A stretch of 62,450 bases of DNA, counting the filler, from an uncultured Methanosarcinales archaeon (GTDB lineage Archaea > Nanobdellota > Nanobdellia > Woesearchaeales > DSVV01), in the NCBI GenBank assembly GCA_964593285.1. It is 3 parts of 3 records of this genome, joined end to end, with 100 filler letters (N's around TTAATTAATTAA, not from the genome) between each part and the next. Parts side by side here need not be neighbours in the genome. Positions count along the whole stretch, not along the records: positions 46,114 to 62,450 come from CAZQHZ010000021.1; 2 more parts are not named here. One strand, 5' to 3'. The notes beneath the pieces are model-generated. The model was given only the letters and a program-made list of their open reading frames with translations. It searched no databases and was not told where the DNA came from. Below, piece by piece: positions 58,909 through 62,450 of this stretch (its first letter is position 1; each line of letters starts with the position of its first letter). The translations under genes and the position numbers were made by a program.

Positions 58909-59094
58909 TTATAAATTAAATAAATTATTGGGTTTATAAATTATTTATAAATGTTTCGGGATTTAAAAAATATAGAATAAATATTATTAAAAAAAATTAT
59001 TACAAAATTAAAATCGAAGCTACCAAGAAATACCACATAAATGATATTTCTTTGGTGCCAAAATTTAGAAAGCTTTAAATAAATTAAAACTTTA

Positions 59095-59110
59095 TGTTAT
59101 TATAATAACA
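59095..59110. promoter_or_regulatory. Perfect 16-bp palindrome TGTTATTATAATAACA, candidate operator
   Basis: Lies 21 nt upstream of the ATG of the ACT-domain gene. Confidence 0.5.
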
Positions 59111-59131
59111 AAATTTTTAATAAATGTTGAT

Positions 59132-59806
59132 ATGGTAACTGTAAAAAATTTAATAGAAAATGAAATTAAAAAAAAACCTTTGCTAGAAGAAGCAATAATA
59201 CAGGGGATTATAAGTTATCAAGCATTAGCTGAAAATTTATATCCTAAAATTTCAAAAGAGATTGATAAAAAAATAACTCTTTCAGCCATAATAATGGCTC
59301 TTAGGAGATATTCTGAAAATTTTGAAAAGAAGCTACATATTGATAAATTCAATTTTGATTCAGAAGTTATAATGAAAAATAAATTATTAGATTTTTGTTT
59401 TTTAAAATCAAATAGTTTATTTATAAAAATAAATGAATTATCTAAAAAATTAGATTACAATAAAGGCGACACTTTTAATATAATTGATGGAAATTATGAA
59501 ACTACAATTATTGCAAGTTCTAAATATAAAAATTTAATTAAACAGATATTAAAAAATGAAAAAATAATTTTTTTTGAAGATGATTTATCTTCAATTACAT
59601 TAAGATTTTCTAAAGAATTTATAACAACAAGAGGAATATTATATCAAATAACACGAAAATTTTCATGGAATAATGTTAATATTTTAGAAATTGTATCAAC
59701 CATGACTGAATTAACTATTATTATTCAAAAAAAAGATTCAATTAAAGCATATGAAGCAATTCTTGAATTAATTGAAGAAAATAAAGCAAAAAATTCTAAA
59801 ATTTGA
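59132..59806 (+). CDS. ACT-domain protein with a putative N-terminal DNA-binding region
   Basis: GIISYQALA, AIIMALRR, NVNILEIVSTMTEL. Confidence 0.8.
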   Translation: MVTVKNLIENEIKKKPLLEEAIIQGIISYQALAENLYPKISKEIDKKITLSAIIMALRRYSENFEKKLHIDKFNFDSEVIMKNKLLDFCFLKSNSLFIKINELSKKLDYNKGDTFNIIDGNYETTIIASSKYKNLIKQILKNEKIIFFEDDLSSITLRFSKEFITTRGILYQITRKFSWNNVNILEIVSTMTELTIIIQKKDSIKAYEAILELIEENKAKNSKI

Positions 59807-59810
59807 AAAA

Positions 59811-60191
59811 TTATTTTTGTTCATAATTTTTTATTGCATCTTTTAGTGCATCTAATGCAAGTAATGAACAATGTATTTTTGGTTTTGGAAGACCGCCTAA
59901 TTCATTTACAATATCTTCTTTTGTAATTTTTTTAGCATCATCAAGTGTTTTTCCAATAATCATTTCAGTTAATATTGAAGATGTTGCAACTGCTGCAACG
60001 CACCCAAAAGTTTTAACTTTAGCATCTTTAATAATTTTATTATTACCATTAATATCTTCAAATTTCAAATAAAGCCACATTAAATCCCCACATGTTGGAT
60101 TACCTACTTTCCCAATTGCATCAGCGTCTTTAATTTCACCAATATTTTTTGGATTTTGAAAAATTTCTAAAACTTTGTTTGTATATTCCAT
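59811..60191 (-). CDS. iscU: Fe-S cluster scaffold IscU/NifU
   Basis: NPKNIG, GNPTCGD, TFGC, KIHCS. Confidence 0.95.
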   Translation of the reverse strand: MEYTNKVLEIFQNPKNIGEIKDADAIGKVGNPTCGDLMWLYLKFEDINGNNKIIKDAKVKTFGCVAAVATSSILTEMIIGKTLDDAKKITKEDIVNELGGLPKPKIHCSLLALDALKDAIKNYEQK

Positions 60192-60217
60192 TTTTAATTC
60201 CTCAATTACATTTTTTT

Positions 60218-61390
60218 TTAATCTAAATCATTATATTCATTAATTGTATTTTCATTTAATGGACTCATTTTTCTTAATTTACAAATAGTTTCTCTAACTT
60301 TTTGAATAGTATATTCAATTTCTTCTTTAGTATTATATTTACTTAAAGTAAATCTAATTGTTCCATGACTATTTTTTCTAGTAATTCCTAAAGCTAATAA
60401 AACATGACTTGGTTTTAATGATTTTGAAGAACATGCAGAACCTGTTGACACAAATATTTTATTAAAATTAAGATTAATTAAAATTGATTCACCTTCAACA
60501 AATTCAAAAGATACATTCACATTATTACATAACCTATTTTTTAATGAACCATTAATTTTACATTTTGGTATTGTTAATAAACCATCTATTAACATATTTC
60601 GTAATTCTTTAATTTTATCAATATTTTTCAAATGATTATTTTTTGCAGCAATGCAAAAACCATAAATTCCGGGGATATTTTCAGTTCCAGGTCTTAATTT
60701 TTTTTCCTGTCCGCCACCATAAAAAAAAGGTTTTATTTTAATCCCTTTTTTTACATATAATGCACCAACACCTTTTGGTCCATGTATTTTATGAGCAGAT
60801 AACGATAATAAATCAACATTAAATTTTTTTACATCAATTAAAACTTTTGTAAAACTCTGAACTGCATCTGTGTGAAATGCAATTTTTTTATCTTTACAAA
60901 TTTTGCCTATTTTCTCGATTGGCTGAATTGTTCCAATTTCATTATTTGCATGCATTATTGAAACTAAAATTGTTTTATCATTAATTTCTCTTTTTAATTG
61001 ATCTAATTTAATAATACCATCTTTATCTACACCAATATAACTAACTCTAAAACCATTTTTTTCTAATTCCTCACAGATGGCTAAAACTGCCGGATGCTCA
61101 ACTTTTGAAGTAATGATATGATTACCTTTATCTTTATTAGCTAAAGCATAACCTTTAATTGCTAAATTGTCAGATTCAGTACCTCCTGATATAAAAAATA
61201 ATTCATTTACATCACAATTTATTAAATCAGATATAATTTTTCTTGATTCATCTAATTTTTTTTTTGTATTTTTTCCAGCATCATGAAGAGAACTTGCATT
61301 TCCATAATTTTCAACAAATAAATTCTTCATTTCATCTAAAACTTCTAAATCAACTTTAGTGGTTGCACCATTATCTAAATATACTTCCAT
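60218..61390 (-). CDS. iscS: Cysteine desulfurase IscS/NifS
   Basis: YLDNGATT, GNASS.H, HTDAVQ, SAHKIHGPKG, STGSACSS. Confidence 0.96.
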   Translation of the reverse strand: MEVYLDNGATTKVDLEVLDEMKNLFVENYGNASSLHDAGKNTKKKLDESRKIISDLINCDVNELFFISGGTESDNLAIKGYALANKDKGNHIITSKVEHPAVLAICEELEKNGFRVSYIGVDKDGIIKLDQLKREINDKTILVSIMHANNEIGTIQPIEKIGKICKDKKIAFHTDAVQSFTKVLIDVKKFNVDLLSLSAHKIHGPKGVGALYVKKGIKIKPFFYGGGQEKKLRPGTENIPGIYGFCIAAKNNHLKNIDKIKELRNMLIDGLLTIPKCKINGSLKNRLCNNVNVSFEFVEGESILINLNFNKIFVSTGSACSSKSLKPSHVLLALGITRKNSHGTIRFTLSKYNTKEEIEYTIQKVRETICKLRKMSPLNENTINEYNDLD

Positions 61391-61401
61391 TTTAATTACC
61401 T

Positions 61402-61761
61402 TTAATTTTTCATGCATATATTACAATTATCATTAACAACATGATAATTTTTAGCAATATTACATAAATACCCTTTTTTTCTAATTAATCTACAAATTCT
61501 TTGTAATTCAAAAGCAAAATTTGCTTTATTTTTTATAATTTTAATTGTCGCTTTTTTTATTTCAATTGTAATTTCTTTTGGAAAAATAATATCTCGTCCA
61601 CGTTTTCCAGTAATATACTGTGATACTGCAGGAACAGTTATCCCTAATAATTTTGAAATTTCAAGTTGTTTTAAGCCTTCATCTTTCATAATTTTTGCAA
61701 AATCGCGTCTAAGTGCAGGTATTACAAACCAAACTTCTATTTCTTGAGGTAAATAATTCAT
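61402..61761 (-). CDS. HTH transcriptional regulator heading the iscSU operon
   Basis: PQEIEVW..IPALRR, Q.EI..LLGITVPAVSQY..GKRG, C-terminal Cys/His. Confidence 0.88.
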   Translation of the reverse strand: MNYLPQEIEVWFVIPALRRDFAKIMKDEGLKQLEISKLLGITVPAVSQYITGKRGRDIIFPKEITIEIKKATIKIIKNKANFAFELQRICRLIRKKGYLCNIAKNYHVVNDNCNICMKN

Positions 61762-61762
61762 A

Positions 61763-61790
61763 TTAACAATAGTGAATTAACAATTGTTTA
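61763..61790. promoter_or_regulatory. Tandem 14-bp imperfect palindromes, candidate autoregulatory operator
   Basis: TTAACAATAGTGAA followed by TTAACAATTGTTTA, between the TATA-like box and the regulator ATG. Confidence 0.5.
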
Positions 61791-61989
61791 TATAATTTTT
61801 GGTTTTATATAAAAAATATGTATTGTAAAAAGCAATTTTAAAAAATATATTTTATAGTTCTAAATTTATTTTTAAATACGGAAAATATATCTGTTTATTT
61901 TTATAAAATTACCAATTAATAAATAAAATTATTTTTTAGCCTGTAGTAAAATTTATAAATAGAAAAATGTTCCTTTAAATAGATAAATT

Positions 61990-62450
61990 ATGGTTAAAAA
62001 AAAACAAAATCAAAATGAAACAGAAATTAAATTAAATCCTCTATTTTATCCTTTAGAGGTTGTTTATAATTCTTCATATGCATTAATAGAAAAAGCATAT
62101 TTTTCTTTTAAAGGAGATCCAAAAAAAGAAATAATTGTAAATATTGTTGCAAAAGATGAAAATGATATAAAAACCATTTCAGAAAAATTCAATGAACAAT
62201 TAATTAATAATTTAGAGTACAAAACAAATTATGAAAGAAATAAAGACATCAGAAATATTATTTTACATAAAATATTAGAAGTTGGAAATAATGAAGAGAA
62301 TATTAATAATCAAAGTACAATAAAAAACCATTTAAATTCAAATAAAGAAAATGAAATAGATGAAGAATTTACACATGAAGTTAATCCAGATTTTTTAGAT
62401 GATGATTTGTTTGATTTATCTGATGAAGAACTAGATGAAATTGAAGATCC
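61990..62450 (+). CDS. HxsD-like protein (His-Xaa-Ser radical SAM system), runs off the window
   Basis: MVKKK..LNPLFYPLEVVYNSSYALIEKAYFSFKGDPKKEIIV..FNEQLIN..NKDIRNIIL, then an acidic tail ending ..IEDP. Confidence 0.65.
   Translation, partial: MVKKKQNQNETEIKLNPLFYPLEVVYNSSYALIEKAYFSFKGDPKKEIIVNIVAKDENDIKTISEKFNEQLINNLEYKTNYERNKDIRNIILHKILEVGNNEENINNQSTIKNHLNSNKENEIDEEFTHEVNPDFLDDDLFDLSDEELDEIED

Overview
Very AT-rich archaeal genomic DNA. The archaeal informational genes (Alba, S17e, L15e, L37ae, aIF-1A, RpoP, prefoldin beta, Pcc1, archaeal-type AlaRS/GluRS/ProRS) sit among many bacterial-type genes, which suggests a DPANN (Woesearchaeota-like) genome; that assignment is inference. The window is not one contiguous piece. 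It has a 100-N gap (12659-12758) and two artificial 44N-TTAATTAATTAA-44N linkers (23187-23286, 46014-46113), so adjacency across the linkers means nothing. It holds about 70 CDS and two tRNAs (Glu-TTC, Pro-TGG). I found no CRISPR array, rRNA or transposase. Best leads: (1) a six-gene operon joining a split PlsA/Ger-like ATP-dependent Fe-S reductase/dehydratase-activase system to two half-size RND/MMPL transporters and a COG1361-like surface protein, a candidate lipid import and remodelling system; (2) a dpnI + dpnD-like cassette directly abutting an unannotated 3' remnant of a DpnII endonuclease, an apparent restriction-cassette swap; (3) bacterial-type LspA, TGT, RimK plus a RimB-like protease, class II LysRS and a PyrBI fusion in an archaeon; (4) candidate ribosomal-protein leader RNAs for L11 and L15e, several operator-like palindromes, decayed toxin-antitoxin modules, small ORFs missed by the ORF track, and an HxsD-like gene running off the right edge. 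All family calls come from motif recognition by eye; no database search was run.
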